The notes beneath the pieces were generated by a model. The model had not been told where the DNA came from, made no database searches, and saw only the letters and a program-made list of their open reading frames with translations. This document shows, piece by piece, positions 8,407 to 17,809 of a DNA stretch of 32,000 nt; position 1 is the first letter of the stretch, and every line of letters begins with the position of its first letter. The stretch is from Ignicoccus islandicus DSM 13165 (GTDB lineage Archaea; Thermoproteota; Thermoprotei_A; Sulfolobales; Ignicoccaceae). The stretch lies in NCBI RefSeq assembly GCF_001481685.1, contig NZ_CP006867.1, positions 1,320,001-1,352,000 of the forward strand, read 5' to 3'. A program made the translations under genes and the position numbers.

Positions 8407-9096
8407 ATGATAACATTGATAGAGTTCCTTAAAGTTCTAATACAATACGCTTTACTGATTTCATTGCCATTATCCTATAATCTAACTCATTTAGACAATT
8501 ACATCGATGTACATCATATAACCGAATACTCGAACTATATTGTTAATGATTGCAAAATTTCCATACTTAGACTTTCTCCGGGTCGTTATATAATACCTCA
8601 AGCGAAAATTACTATTTTCGTTTCCCCTCAAATGCTGGCCTCACAGAAATCGTTCCTATTATCAAGTCTACAGAAATTACTGCAAAATAAATATGAGGTG
8701 TATTTAGTTAAACTGAGATGTCCGGACTATCCTCACTTAAACGACCTCCAATTAAGGAAATTCTTTAATGGCATCCTTAAGAGCCAAATATGTTATGGAT
8801 GGGGTCCTGAAGCTTACTATTGCGATTACGTAGATTCCATTATTAAGATAAGGGATTCGCCTATGGGCTCGTACGAACTCTTCTTGAATTCAACTCTATT
8901 AGATAGCTCCAAGGGTTCCCAACTTGCTATTAAGTACTTGATCAAAAGCGGTAAACTAAAGTCATTGGGCGTTTCCAGATGGATATACGTTAATCATCGC
9001 ACGTATGCGATTGGATCGCAAGTAACCCCTTCGCTCTTAGACGGTAATGTGGATGAGATATTTAGATTAGCGGATAAATGGTTATCGACAAAGTAA
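8407..9096 (+). CDS. hypothetical protein with N-terminal hydrophobic anchor/signal
   Basis: 229-aa ORF with ATG start. The N-terminal IEFLKVLIQYALLISLPL segment is hydrophobic. No family recognised. Confidence 0.4.
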   Translation: MITLIEFLKVLIQYALLISLPLSYNLTHLDNYIDVHHITEYSNYIVNDCKISILRLSPGRYIIPQAKITIFVSPQMLASQKSFLLSSLQKLLQNKYEVYLVKLRCPDYPHLNDLQLRKFFNGILKSQICYGWGPEAYYCDYVDSIIKIRDSPMGSYELFLNSTLLDSSKGSQLAIKYLIKSGKLKSLGVSRWIYVNHRTYAIGSQVTPSLLDGNVDEIFRLADKWLSTK

Positions 9097-9139
9097 TGCA
9101 AAAAAGCTGTAATCAAGATCACTTCGCGGTCGAATTATT

Positions 9140-11119
9140 TTGAAGAGAAGTGAACTGCTGAAGTACGTTGCCTTACTAACGCTTTTGATAGCATTAGCGT
9201 CAATCTCTGGTCAAGCATGGGACGATTACGTATTCATTGAATCTGCACGTCTACTTCTTCAAGGAAAGGATCCCTATGCATATTCTGATAGCATTAAGGC
9301 TTATGTAGTTGGTTTAGGGCCAATGTGGGTAACCTATCCTCCATTGCCGTTGCTCTTATGGGCGCTTTCGATTTCGCCGCTAGTCTTACTAAAAGTTCCA
9401 CTCTCATACTTATATTTACTCTTCATAAAACTTCCGTCAATCGTAAGTATACTATTTTCTATAACTATAGCAAAGAGGATGAACGCTAACTGGAAGATAT
9501 TGTTGTTAAACCCAATAGTAATAACCTCGATATTCATTCACGGTATGTTTGATTCCATCGTAGCCTTCTTCTTGTTACTTGCTCTCTACTTCCTTATAAG
9601 TGGAAAGGTTGAATACGGTGGGATTGCGTATGGATTAGCGCTATCCACGAAACAGCACGCTATTTTAGCACTCCTACCGATACTTTTCTATATTTATAGG
9701 AAATTTGAATCGCTTCGGATGATTTTAAGATTCGGACTAATGGCACTTGGAACTTTCGTCCTAATAATCTTACTTTACTCGTCTATATTCGGATTCAGTA
9801 ATTTAGAAGCTTTGTTCAGATCTATATTCCTCTTTCATTCACATAGACCCCCCAATTCGTTAGGTTTCGGTGGATTTGCTGTTCTGAACTTCTATTCTGA
9901 TGCTCTGTCTGGGTTCACTGGCAATACTGCAGTAGCACTAAGTATGGGCTCAGTTGTGGAGTTATACAAGGTAATTGATAAAGCGTCTCTACTATTCATT
10001 CCATCATATTTAATTCTATCTATCATTATTAGAGATCCCTTTGAGGGCGTACTTCTCGCGTATTTGGTTTATATACTATTAAGCTACGTTGGTGCTGTTC
10101 AACACTTAGTCGTTCCTGCTGTCCTTTATACCTTCGCATATCAATCTAGCCCGTTGTTAAGGAGGTATTCTAAGTTACTGATGTATGCATTTATTCTATA
10201 TTCGATCCAACATATATTGAGCTTCTGGGACTTGTTCCCAATGGTCGTAAACCCCTTATTCCTAAAGTCGTTCGGATTATGGTTGGCCAAGGTTTCCAGG
10301 ATCATAGATTACGTTTTCGAATATTGGGATGTGGTCCTTCGGATAATTGGTTCGATATCATTGTCCCTTGCTTTCATCTCACTAGTCTCATTCATTGTAA
10401 TGTACTTTAAGGATCATAGAAGGTATGCTTCGTACCTTGTAATTGGATCGTACATATTGGAATTAATAATACTCATTGCACTGGCTCCTAGCTTAACCCA
10501 TCATAATGAGATGAATGGAAATGAGATTGTGGAGGCGAAAGGTTGGTGTTTAATAGTACCTTGGGAGAACATGGAATATCCCGGGCAAATGTACGGAGAT
10601 TACATGTCGAAGTTCGCAGTTCCAATCTATGGCTACTATTCGTTTTCAAAACCTATCGCAGATAAACTAGTTCATGAGTTGAAGGGCAAATGTAACATCG
10701 GAATATTAGCTAGGTTAGATCTCTTTAGGGGGTATGAATACACGGATTTAATAAGCTCCTTGATCCAAAACAAAGTTAAGTACGCATGGGTATTGAGTCC
10801 AAATAATTACATTGACGGAGTTGGTAGCACTTCTCCAAACTCATTTAAACGCTTGTTGGAGGTGATAAGGGTAAATACACCCGTTAATGGATATTTCAAA
10901 CTAGGAGGTATCTTGGACATCTTAAACGAAACCTTAGGATTATTTAAGGACATTACATACTATGACGGTTATTATAAGTATAATGGAAAACCGCTATTGT
11001 TAATCTTAGGTAACCTATCTACTAGGGAACTAGAAATTATCGAAAAGTACGGTTTCGCCATTGACAGATTCAATGGCACTATTATAAATATTAGAGATAT
11101 GGAGCTATCCATATCCTAA
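9140..11119 (+). CDS. polytopic membrane protein, GT-C-like glycosyl/mannosyltransferase candidate, with C-terminal soluble domain
   Basis: About 12 or more hydrophobic segments over residues 1-450. An acidic motif (AWDDYVF) follows TM1, as in GT-C/DUF2029-type transferases. The soluble ~200-aa C-terminus is unassigned. TTG start. Confidence 0.5.
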   Translation: MKRSELLKYVALLTLLIALASISGQAWDDYVFIESARLLLQGKDPYAYSDSIKAYVVGLGPMWVTYPPLPLLLWALSISPLVLLKVPLSYLYLLFIKLPSIVSILFSITIAKRMNANWKILLLNPIVITSIFIHGMFDSIVAFFLLLALYFLISGKVEYGGIAYGLALSTKQHAILALLPILFYIYRKFESLRMILRFGLMALGTFVLIILLYSSIFGFSNLEALFRSIFLFHSHRPPNSLGFGGFAVLNFYSDALSGFTGNTAVALSMGSVVELYKVIDKASLLFIPSYLILSIIIRDPFEGVLLAYLVYILLSYVGAVQHLVVPAVLYTFAYQSSPLLRRYSKLLMYAFILYSIQHILSFWDLFPMVVNPLFLKSFGLWLAKVSRIIDYVFEYWDVVLRIIGSISLSLAFISLVSFIVMYFKDHRRYASYLVIGSYILELIILIALAPSLTHHNEMNGNEIVEAKGWCLIVPWENMEYPGQMYGDYMSKFAVPIYGYYSFSKPIADKLVHELKGKCNIGILARLDLFRGYEYTDLISSLIQNKVKYAWVLSPNNYIDGVGSTSPNSFKRLLEVIRVNTPVNGYFKLGGILDILNETLGLFKDITYYDGYYKYNGKPLLLILGNLSTRELEIIEKYGFAIDRFNGTIINIRDMELSIS

Positions 11120-11858
11120 GCAACGAATTGAACTCTAGTTCGTATTCAACTTTCATTGGTTTATCCTTACCAAAGGAAATCTTCGCCATTTCCGCAGCTT
11201 GGTATGCTCGGGACGCGTCATTCAAATGAGAAATAGAGTATTTAGCGTGGGCATCTGTATCTATATTTAAGGAAAGTAGCGGATTACCAATAGTTAGTAT
11301 AGCATCATACGATTTGTTAACTTCACTTGCATGAACCTTGATTTCGTTTGTCTCCTCGACAGCACTCAAATAGACCTCATCACCAACTACTTTCGCGTCA
11401 GCAACTATATCTCTGAAATCCTTAGGTTTCATTGAAAAGCTCGCTTCTAATTCAACGTCCGGTTCTCTCAGTTCCTCGCCGATTGAGAGTTCACTTGCCA
11501 AAATTTTGAATTCCCTTTCAACACTTGTCTTCTTATTTATGTATCTTATAACGAAGTATGGTGAGCTTGAATCGTAGTTTAGCTCGACGATGTCTTCACG
11601 TGTTGCTCTTTTTATAGCATTAGCCACTTCGCTTGAAGGTATTTCTACTAGGGCTTCCCCACCTTCTACATAGTATTCCTCGAACGATGTAGAGGTTAAT
11701 TCGAATACTATCATTAGGTTGTTGTCACTACTCATTTGCCTTATAGCTAGACCGTTTTGATCTATCTTTATTGGTAATGTATCGAGAAGTTTAACTATTG
11801 GCTGCCATATTTTCTTGAATTTAGTACCACTTGGATATACAGCGCGCAGTGTTACCAT
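11091..11858 (-). CDS. pcn: DNA polymerase sliding clamp (PCNA)
   Basis: MVTLRAVYPSGTKFKKIWQPIVKLLD... through ...KVEYELEFNSLLRIWIAPYL. Length, N-terminus and the C-terminal IWIAPxL match crenarchaeal PCNA subunits. I prefer the ATG at 11858 over the track TTG at 11894. The 3' end overlaps the convergent 9140-11119 gene by 29 nt. Confidence 0.9.
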   Translation of the reverse strand: MVTLRAVYPSGTKFKKIWQPIVKLLDTLPIKIDQNGLAIRQMSSDNNLMIVFELTSTSFEEYYVEGGEALVEIPSSEVANAIKRATREDIVELNYDSSSPYFVIRYINKKTSVEREFKILASELSIGEELREPDVELEASFSMKPKDFRDIVADAKVVGDEVYLSAVEETNEIKVHASEVNKSYDAILTIGNPLLSLNIDTDAHAKYSISHLNDASRAYQAAEMAKISFGKDKPMKVEYELEFNSLLRIWIAPYL

Positions 11859-11928
11859 ATTTCTAATTACACCGAATTCTAGTAGGTCTATCAAATTCTT
11901 ATTTTATTAGCCTCGGCCACGCGTTGGA

Positions 11929-12327
11929 ATGTGGGTAGATGTAATGGAAATTGAAGTGACCGTAGACATAGGAAAGTATAAATGGGTAAGGTTGCCTCGC
12001 GAAGACGCATTGAAGTTATTAGAAATAATTGAAACGAAACTTGGAGAGAGTCCTAGAGACTTACAAGAAGCAATGAGATACATTCGCCACTTCGATGAAT
12101 TCTATCAAGAGATGAAAAAGAGGTTTAAGGATTTCATTGCACCAACGCAATCCTTAAGTGACATGATTAAAGGAACTGTTGTTGTTGATAAGCTCTCACT
12201 AGAAAAGGAGGGAGGTAAAGATTACGTAACTATAGTATTCGACAGGAGGGTACCATTAGATGTGTTGAAGGAAGCACTGCAGGAAATGGGATACAGTGTT
12301 AGAGAGAAGGTGGAAAAAATATGGTAA
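11929..12327 (+). CDS. hypothetical protein
   Basis: 132-aa charged ORF. Its stop overlaps the next start (ATGGTAA at 12321-12327), which suggests translational coupling. Confidence 0.45.
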   Translation: MWVDVMEIEVTVDIGKYKWVRLPREDALKLLEIIETKLGESPRDLQEAMRYIRHFDEFYQEMKKRFKDFIAPTQSLSDMIKGTVVVDKLSLEKEGGKDYVTIVFDRRVPLDVLKEALQEMGYSVREKVEKIW

Positions 12328-12548
12328 GGGTATTGAGAGTAATGATTCACTCGTATGATAACGAGATCTTGGAAAAAGCTCTAGATTCTATTAGGAAAAC
12401 GTGTAATTGTGAACCTAAAATATCTAAATCAAAACTCATTCCAAATTACGCATTTGTAGAACTCCCATTAGTAATCTCACCCGATTCCGTTTCTAGGTTG
12501 TTAAAAGAATTAGGTATAGAGGATTTCAAGTTAGTTGTAATAGATTGA
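12321..12548 (+). CDS. hypothetical small protein
   Basis: 75-aa ORF coupled to the upstream gene. The sequence looks like a compact alpha/beta protein. It overlaps the convergent ATPase gene by 103 nt. Confidence 0.4.
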   Translation: MVRVLRVMIHSYDNEILEKALDSIRKTCNCEPKISKSKLIPNYAFVELPLVISPDSVSRLLKELGIEDFKLVVID

Positions 12549-13861
12549 ATTACTTCGTCTACGTCTAATCTAATCATCTTGATTCTTCCATTATGGAATT
12601 TCACAAGAGCTTCGCCTTTCCGCAGCAACGTAACGTAGCTACAGTAATCGCGTAGAGACGTACATATCCAATTATCTTTGTCTAACCTATTAAGTTTAAG
12701 TACAATCCAAGTGCCTATGTTACTCCATATCTCATAGCTTAGATCACTTGGGGACTGGGTTGCTACTATAAGACTTATTCCCTTACTCCTTCCTTCACGA
12801 GCTATTTCTTCCAAGAGGTTACTTTCTATAAGCCACGCTTCATCAACAACTATTACCTTCCTTAGATCTTTTGAAGGTTCCATATTTACTATTTCATCCA
12901 GAATATTCTCGATCACCCTGTTAATTTCTTCTTTTCTTAATGTAGAAGTCCCCTTAAATCTGTACACTTGCACCGGTATCTCCATTTCTCTTAATATATA
13001 CTCTAGGTCTCCTTTGGGATCTATTACTATCACGTTAACGTAGGAAAGGAGTAAATGTATTCTTATTATGAGTGAAGCTAAGATTGTTGTCTTGCCCATA
13101 CCAGTGCTTCCAATCACCCCTATGTGATGTCGTATACTGGTAGGTGGAATGAATTCTATGCGATTGGATTCAATGTCGATCCCTAAGTATATACCATCGC
13201 TTATTGTTGATTCAAGTGGTGGATTAGCTAAGGCTAGAGCAATGGAAGGTACTACTATTCCATTTTCCTTTACAACCTTCGGGTTAACCATCTTCTTGAG
13301 TTCTCTTGAATCGATGTCGCGTACTTGCGCTTTGAAAAGGCTACTCAACAAGTTTTTTAATGTATATTTCTCGGCTTCCAAGCGCTCTAAACCCCTTGAG
13401 TAGAGTAGGTAATTGATCTCTATTCTCGAAGGTAGTGTAGACGTGGAATAAAGCTTCAATAGTTTTTCTAAGTACCCTATTCTCAATTCTATTCTAATAT
13501 CAGTTGGATCGTTCATTTTTTGTACTTTTAAATGAGTTAATTCCCTCTCAATACTCTTTATAATAGATACCGGATCGATGCTTTTCTTTAGTAATCGTAT
13601 TTCCAAAGCTACGTCTAAATTCAATCTGTTTAAGAACTGAGTATACATTCTAATAATCTCGTCATACTCTTCAAGAAGTTTTACTGAATCTATATCTTCA
13701 ACTCTCAATCCCTTTACATATATAGGTCCCCTCTGAGTTCGTATACGAACAGTATTGGAATCAATTTCCTCAACAACCTTCTTTCTATTCTTAGGCTTGA
13801 TTCCACTTTTACATATAATGAATGGTGTAACAATGGCAACAAGTAGTTCTATTATTCCCAT
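12446..13861 (-). CDS. membrane-anchored FtsK/HerA/VirB4-superfamily P-loop ATPase
   Basis: N-terminal hydrophobic helix IIELLVAIVTPFIIC, Walker A IGSTGMGKTT, Walker B KVIVVDEAW, then AREGRSKGISLIVATQSPSDL (HerA/VirB4/DUF87-like). Confidence 0.75.
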   Translation of the reverse strand: MGIIELLVAIVTPFIICKSGIKPKNRKKVVEEIDSNTVRIRTQRGPIYVKGLRVEDIDSVKLLEEYDEIIRMYTQFLNRLNLDVALEIRLLKKSIDPVSIIKSIERELTHLKVQKMNDPTDIRIELRIGYLEKLLKLYSTSTLPSRIEINYLLYSRGLERLEAEKYTLKNLLSSLFKAQVRDIDSRELKKMVNPKVVKENGIVVPSIALALANPPLESTISDGIYLGIDIESNRIEFIPPTSIRHHIGVIGSTGMGKTTILASLIIRIHLLLSYVNVIVIDPKGDLEYILREMEIPVQVYRFKGTSTLRKEEINRVIENILDEIVNMEPSKDLRKVIVVDEAWLIESNLLEEIAREGRSKGISLIVATQSPSDLSYEIWSNIGTWIVLKLNRLDKDNWICTSLRDYCSYVTLLRKGEALVKFHNGRIKMIRLDVDEVIQSITTNLKSSIPNSFNNLETESGEITNGSSTNA

Positions 13862-13868
13862 TACGTTC

Positions 13869-15431
13869 TTACCACGTTCTTACAACGATCCTTTTAACAC
13901 CACCAGAGAGTAGCGTAGCTAAACTATAGATCGTTATCGATATAGTTGTTAAGTGTATGTATGGGATAGAAGCTAAAAAGAACGGCGCTAAAAGTATATC
14001 TGCAGTAGATAATTTCTGCTTAGAAACCCTACTCAGAAGTTGTAGACCCAGTTTGTTTGAGAGGTAACCTAGTTCGAAAAGGCTAGGTGGTGTAAAGCCT
14101 TTCTTTCTTCCATTTATTATAATATCGACCTCATTCCCTTTATCTACATCGAAAGTGACTTTCCAGACTTCTATGCCATTCCATAATTCATGTTCTAATT
14201 TACCATTCTTAACGTTGGATGAAAGATATATGCCGACAGTTTTTTCATCAAATATTCCCGAAAATGCTATTGAAACGCCTTGACAGTTCTCAAGAGGAAC
14301 GAACTTGAATCTCATTATTAAATAACCGTCTTGAGAGGTCTCAAACTTTGGTGGAGAAGTATAATAATATAAACTACAAGGTAAATAAATTGCTATTCCA
14401 GGATCGGGTACAATTAATCCCTTCACTTTTATTTTCGAGTTAGTGAGAATAGTGTTAGGGCTAACATAGATCTTCTTCCAATCTTCTTCAGATACATCTA
14501 TCTTAATACCAAGCAATTCCACTTTGATTTCAGAACGAGGCCAAGGAACACCACCTAGTGTATATGCGGTATCAAAGAAGCCTTTTGGATTCGTTGGATA
14601 TATTCCACATATTCCTTTTAAATCACAAAAATATACTAAAGCGTATGGAACGTGATTTCCCTGTTCATCCAAGAGAGTTCCTTGAAGGTAGAATACGTTA
14701 TAAGGTCCTCTCTCAAAGACCCCGGAGGCAATCATTTCAACGAAGTTAGCAATTGTTGGACTCATTGCTACAAATAATTTCATTATAGGTATAACGAGAG
14801 GCGTCATTACGTAAGTTACAACACCTAAAGAGAACATGAAAGCACCAGCAGATTTCGTAATTTTAAATGGAATACTCATGAGCAATATACCTATGGATAG
14901 GAATCCTGGAAGCAAGAGTTCCGATATTCTAGCTAAAATATAGAGAGCAGTCCAACTATAAACAGCTAACTTGAGGCTCGAAAGAAATATGTCTAGGAAT
15001 GGTCTCGTAAACAGATTATTGAAGACTTCGATACGCGAATACGCTACGTATAATGCCTCTAACACTTTCCCTAATGGAAACTTATTAAATACAGTTTTCA
15101 TTACCTTTGAAAGATAGTCTATAGTTATATAAGTAGATGCAATACCCTTATCTATCTCCAAGATTTCTTTGATATAACTTTCTCTATCCATTCCAATAAG
15201 AGCATAAGTTTTATCTAGAAACCATAATATTAGGAAGAAGGATGAAGTGAGTGTGAAAGTTGTGATAGAATCTGAAATGAGTATGGGGGCCCACCTTTTG
15301 AGACTTGGGAGGGGAAGTGGAATCGAATAGAGGAGGGTTCCTATAACGTACGTTAGAGCGGACAACGCGGCTGAAATTGCTAATATACCTAATATTAGGT
15401 CCATTAAACTCGAACCCTCCTTGTTCAACAA
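13869..15431 (-). CDS. polytopic membrane protein with large beta-rich extracytoplasmic domain and C-terminal anchor
   Basis: 520-aa ORF. It has about 6-7 hydrophobic segments in residues 10-240, a soluble Y/G/P/K-rich region at ~240-470, and a final hydrophobic segment ILLAPFFLASIPYIHLTTISITIYSLATLL. The next gene, the ATPase, starts 8 nt downstream. The start could be the Met at 15404. Confidence 0.6.
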   Translation of the reverse strand: MLNKEGSSLMDLILGILAISAALSALTYVIGTLLYSIPLPLPSLKRWAPILISDSITTFTLTSSFFLILWFLDKTYALIGMDRESYIKEILEIDKGIASTYITIDYLSKVMKTVFNKFPLGKVLEALYVAYSRIEVFNNLFTRPFLDIFLSSLKLAVYSWTALYILARISELLLPGFLSIGILLMSIPFKITKSAGAFMFSLGVVTYVMTPLVIPIMKLFVAMSPTIANFVEMIASGVFERGPYNVFYLQGTLLDEQGNHVPYALVYFCDLKGICGIYPTNPKGFFDTAYTLGGVPWPRSEIKVELLGIKIDVSEEDWKKIYVSPNTILTNSKIKVKGLIVPDPGIAIYLPCSLYYYTSPPKFETSQDGYLIMRFKFVPLENCQGVSIAFSGIFDEKTVGIYLSSNVKNGKLEHELWNGIEVWKVTFDVDKGNEVDIIINGRKKGFTPPSLFELGYLSNKLGLQLLSRVSKQKLSTADILLAPFFLASIPYIHLTTISITIYSLATLLSGGVKRIVVRTW

Positions 15432-15467
15432 ATATCAAGCTAAGGAGACCAGTGGGGTGATCGAAAG

Positions 15468-17438
15468 TTGGTAAGTACCAAAAAGAGATGGCGGATCAGA
15501 ACGAACATAGTATGGGACGTAGACAAGAACGTTCCTGTATTTAAAGATACATGTTGGGATTGTAATTACGTAGAACTTCCAATGACGGACCCCGGTGACG
15601 CTAGACCTTCTTTTGATAGTGATCGAGACCTCCTCGCTAAGACTCTAGAAGAAGAGTTTGGTGCTGGAAAGTACCTAAATGAAATAATCGGTAGCGGATC
15701 TTTTCTTGTAAATAAAGGGGCAGGATTAGACGATTTCAGAGAGATTTTTAGTCGCGGAACTATAGTTGGAAAGCTCTATTGGGATATTATCAAGAGAAGA
15801 TGGCGTTTCCGGCCTAGTTACTCAGCAGCGAAGATTATGGTTGAGAAGGGAGTAATACGAAAGGTAACGGTTCTCGACTATCCTAAAGAAGGTTCCAATA
15901 TAAGTGGTAATTGTGAAGTCGACGAACACGTAGCACTAGTACTCAATGGCGAACCAATTGGAATAGGGTATTGTCGTAGCAATGGAAGAATTAGAGTAGT
16001 AACTACTTTCCCCAAGGAATTGTATGGTCGGGAACCGTTCCCAGCGCCTGACATACCTACCAATATTCACGATTGGATTAAGGAGAATGAATTAAGAATA
16101 AGAATGATGACCTCTCAATCAGAAAAGTTCCTATATCAAATGATCGAAAAAGTAAAGAAACCAGTCACGGTGTCGTTCTCTGGAGGTAAAGATAGCTTAG
16201 TCTCTCTTCATCTCACGTTAAAGTTCGTGACTCCCACAGTAATATTTAATAATACTGGGATAGAGTTACCCGAAACTATAGAAACAGTACGCAAGGTCGC
16301 ATCGAAATATAATCTCGAAATAGTAGTCGCTGACGCTGGAGATGATTTTTGGCATGCTGTAAAAATGGTTGGTCCGCCTGCTAGGGATTTCAGATGGTGT
16401 TGTAAGGTAACCAAACTCGTTCCAATGGCTAAATTGGCAAAGGAAAAGTGGCCTGATGGTGCATTAAACGTAGTGGGTCAGAGAGCGTTTGAGAGTATTG
16501 AAAGGTCGAAATCACCTAGAGTATGGAGAAACAAGTGGTTCCCTCATATATTAAATATATCACCGATACATGAATGGACGCAATTGGACGTATGGTTCTA
16601 TATATATAAGAATAACTTGGTTGAGTTAGTAAATCCTCTCTATTTCAAAGGATTTGAAAGAATAGGGTGCTTCATGTGTCCTGCGAGTCCATTGGCGGAG
16701 TTCGAAACGACCAGAAGCGTACACCCAGAGTTGATGGAACGTTGGGAAAAAGAGTTAAAGATATGGAAAGACAGGCTAAACTTACCAGAAGAATGGATAA
16801 CCTATGGTTTATGGCGTTGGCTTTCGCCTTCTTCAAGGAAAAAGTCATTAATGAGAACAGTCGGTATCGAATATGATGTTTGGATAGAATATAAAGGTAG
16901 ACTTCATCCACCAATTATTGAGAAGAAGGTTGGCGATGGTTTTGTTCGCTTGAAATTTCTTTCGAATATTTCCCATTCTTTATCCGACCAGGAGAGCATT
17001 ATTGGTAAGAAAAGAGATGGTAAATTGAATGCAGAGGGTTACTCAGTTACATATAAAGAGAATGTAATTGAGATCGAAGGCGAAAATGCCATAGAGGGTG
17101 CAATAGAAGTCTCTGCATTGATATACAGATGGTTCAAATGTATGAGATGCAAGAGTTGTGAAGTATGGTGTCCAACTGGTTCGATCAAAGTGACTACGCG
17201 TCCAAAGGTTAACGCTGAAACGTGCATAAGTTGTAAGTTGTGCTTAATTGAGTGCCCCATGTACGACCCGTTCTCAGACAGAATAGTTTCCGCTGTTCTA
17301 CTAGATAGGTTCGACGGTTGGAGGAGGAGCACGAAACCCCTTAGAAAGGAAGTACTGAAAGAATTGAAAAAGACCTTTTCGAAGCCCGTTGGTGAGCCAC
17401 CCGTTACTGATGACGCTGCAGAATTAGGAGGTTTATAG
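15468..17438 (+). CDS. PAPS-reductase-family PP-loop enzyme fused to an N-terminal PUA-like domain and a C-terminal 2x[4Fe-4S] ferredoxin domain
   Basis: PP-loop VSFSGGKDSLVSLHL and CCKVTK. A PUA-like segment reads VTVLDYPKEG...HVALVLNGEPIGIGYC. The C-terminus has CKSCEVWCPTGSI and CISCKLCLIECP. TTG start. Confidence 0.8.
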   Translation: MVSTKKRWRIRTNIVWDVDKNVPVFKDTCWDCNYVELPMTDPGDARPSFDSDRDLLAKTLEEEFGAGKYLNEIIGSGSFLVNKGAGLDDFREIFSRGTIVGKLYWDIIKRRWRFRPSYSAAKIMVEKGVIRKVTVLDYPKEGSNISGNCEVDEHVALVLNGEPIGIGYCRSNGRIRVVTTFPKELYGREPFPAPDIPTNIHDWIKENELRIRMMTSQSEKFLYQMIEKVKKPVTVSFSGGKDSLVSLHLTLKFVTPTVIFNNTGIELPETIETVRKVASKYNLEIVVADAGDDFWHAVKMVGPPARDFRWCCKVTKLVPMAKLAKEKWPDGALNVVGQRAFESIERSKSPRVWRNKWFPHILNISPIHEWTQLDVWFYIYKNNLVELVNPLYFKGFERIGCFMCPASPLAEFETTRSVHPELMERWEKELKIWKDRLNLPEEWITYGLWRWLSPSSRKKSLMRTVGIEYDVWIEYKGRLHPPIIEKKVGDGFVRLKFLSNISHSLSDQESIIGKKRDGKLNAEGYSVTYKENVIEIEGENAIEGAIEVSALIYRWFKCMRCKSCEVWCPTGSIKVTTRPKVNAETCISCKLCLIECPMYDPFSDRIVSAVLLDRFDGWRRSTKPLRKEVLKELKKTFSKPVGEPPVTDDAAELGGL

Positions 17439-17449
17439 ATTTTGTTTCA

Positions 17450-17809
17450 TTAAAGTAATTTTAAGTGAGACGTCAACTCGTTAACCATTTCCTCCGGTGC
17501 TGGACCTATAGCTATAGCTGTCAAGGTGTTAGGTGGTAACTGAGTAAGACCAGCATCTCTAATAAGAGAGCATGGTAGACCTTTCTTAAGAGCTTTACTA
17601 TACAATTCTAATAATTCGCTTTCAGAAGAAGCTTTTAAAACAACCTTCTTCTGGCCTTCCATTCTCCATTTATGAACCCATTCACGCCATATAGCACGTT
17701 CTAATGCGATAAAAACTGCTTCGCATGAAGCGTGTGCTACTTGAGCCGCTATTTTTCCTCTTCCCATTTTAAGATCCGTTCTCACTACAATAGATTGCTT
17801 GAATTTCAT
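17450..17809 (-). CDS. pth2: archaeal-type peptidyl-tRNA hydrolase
   Basis: MKFKQSIVVRTDLKMGRGKIAAQVAHAS...IRDAGLTQLPPNTLTAIAIGP, with the full-length Pth2 signature at 119 aa. Confidence 0.9.
   Translation of the reverse strand: MKFKQSIVVRTDLKMGRGKIAAQVAHASCEAVFIALERAIWREWVHKWRMEGQKKVVLKASSESELLELYSKALKKGLPCSLIRDAGLTQLPPNTLTAIAIGPAPEEMVNELTSHLKLL

Noticed and set aside
17769-17809. 41-nt overlap between the trm10 3' end and the pth2 5' end as a possible recoding site
   Set aside because: Both frames are supported by family-typical termini, and overlaps of this size occur in compact archaeal operons. There is no slippery sequence or structure.
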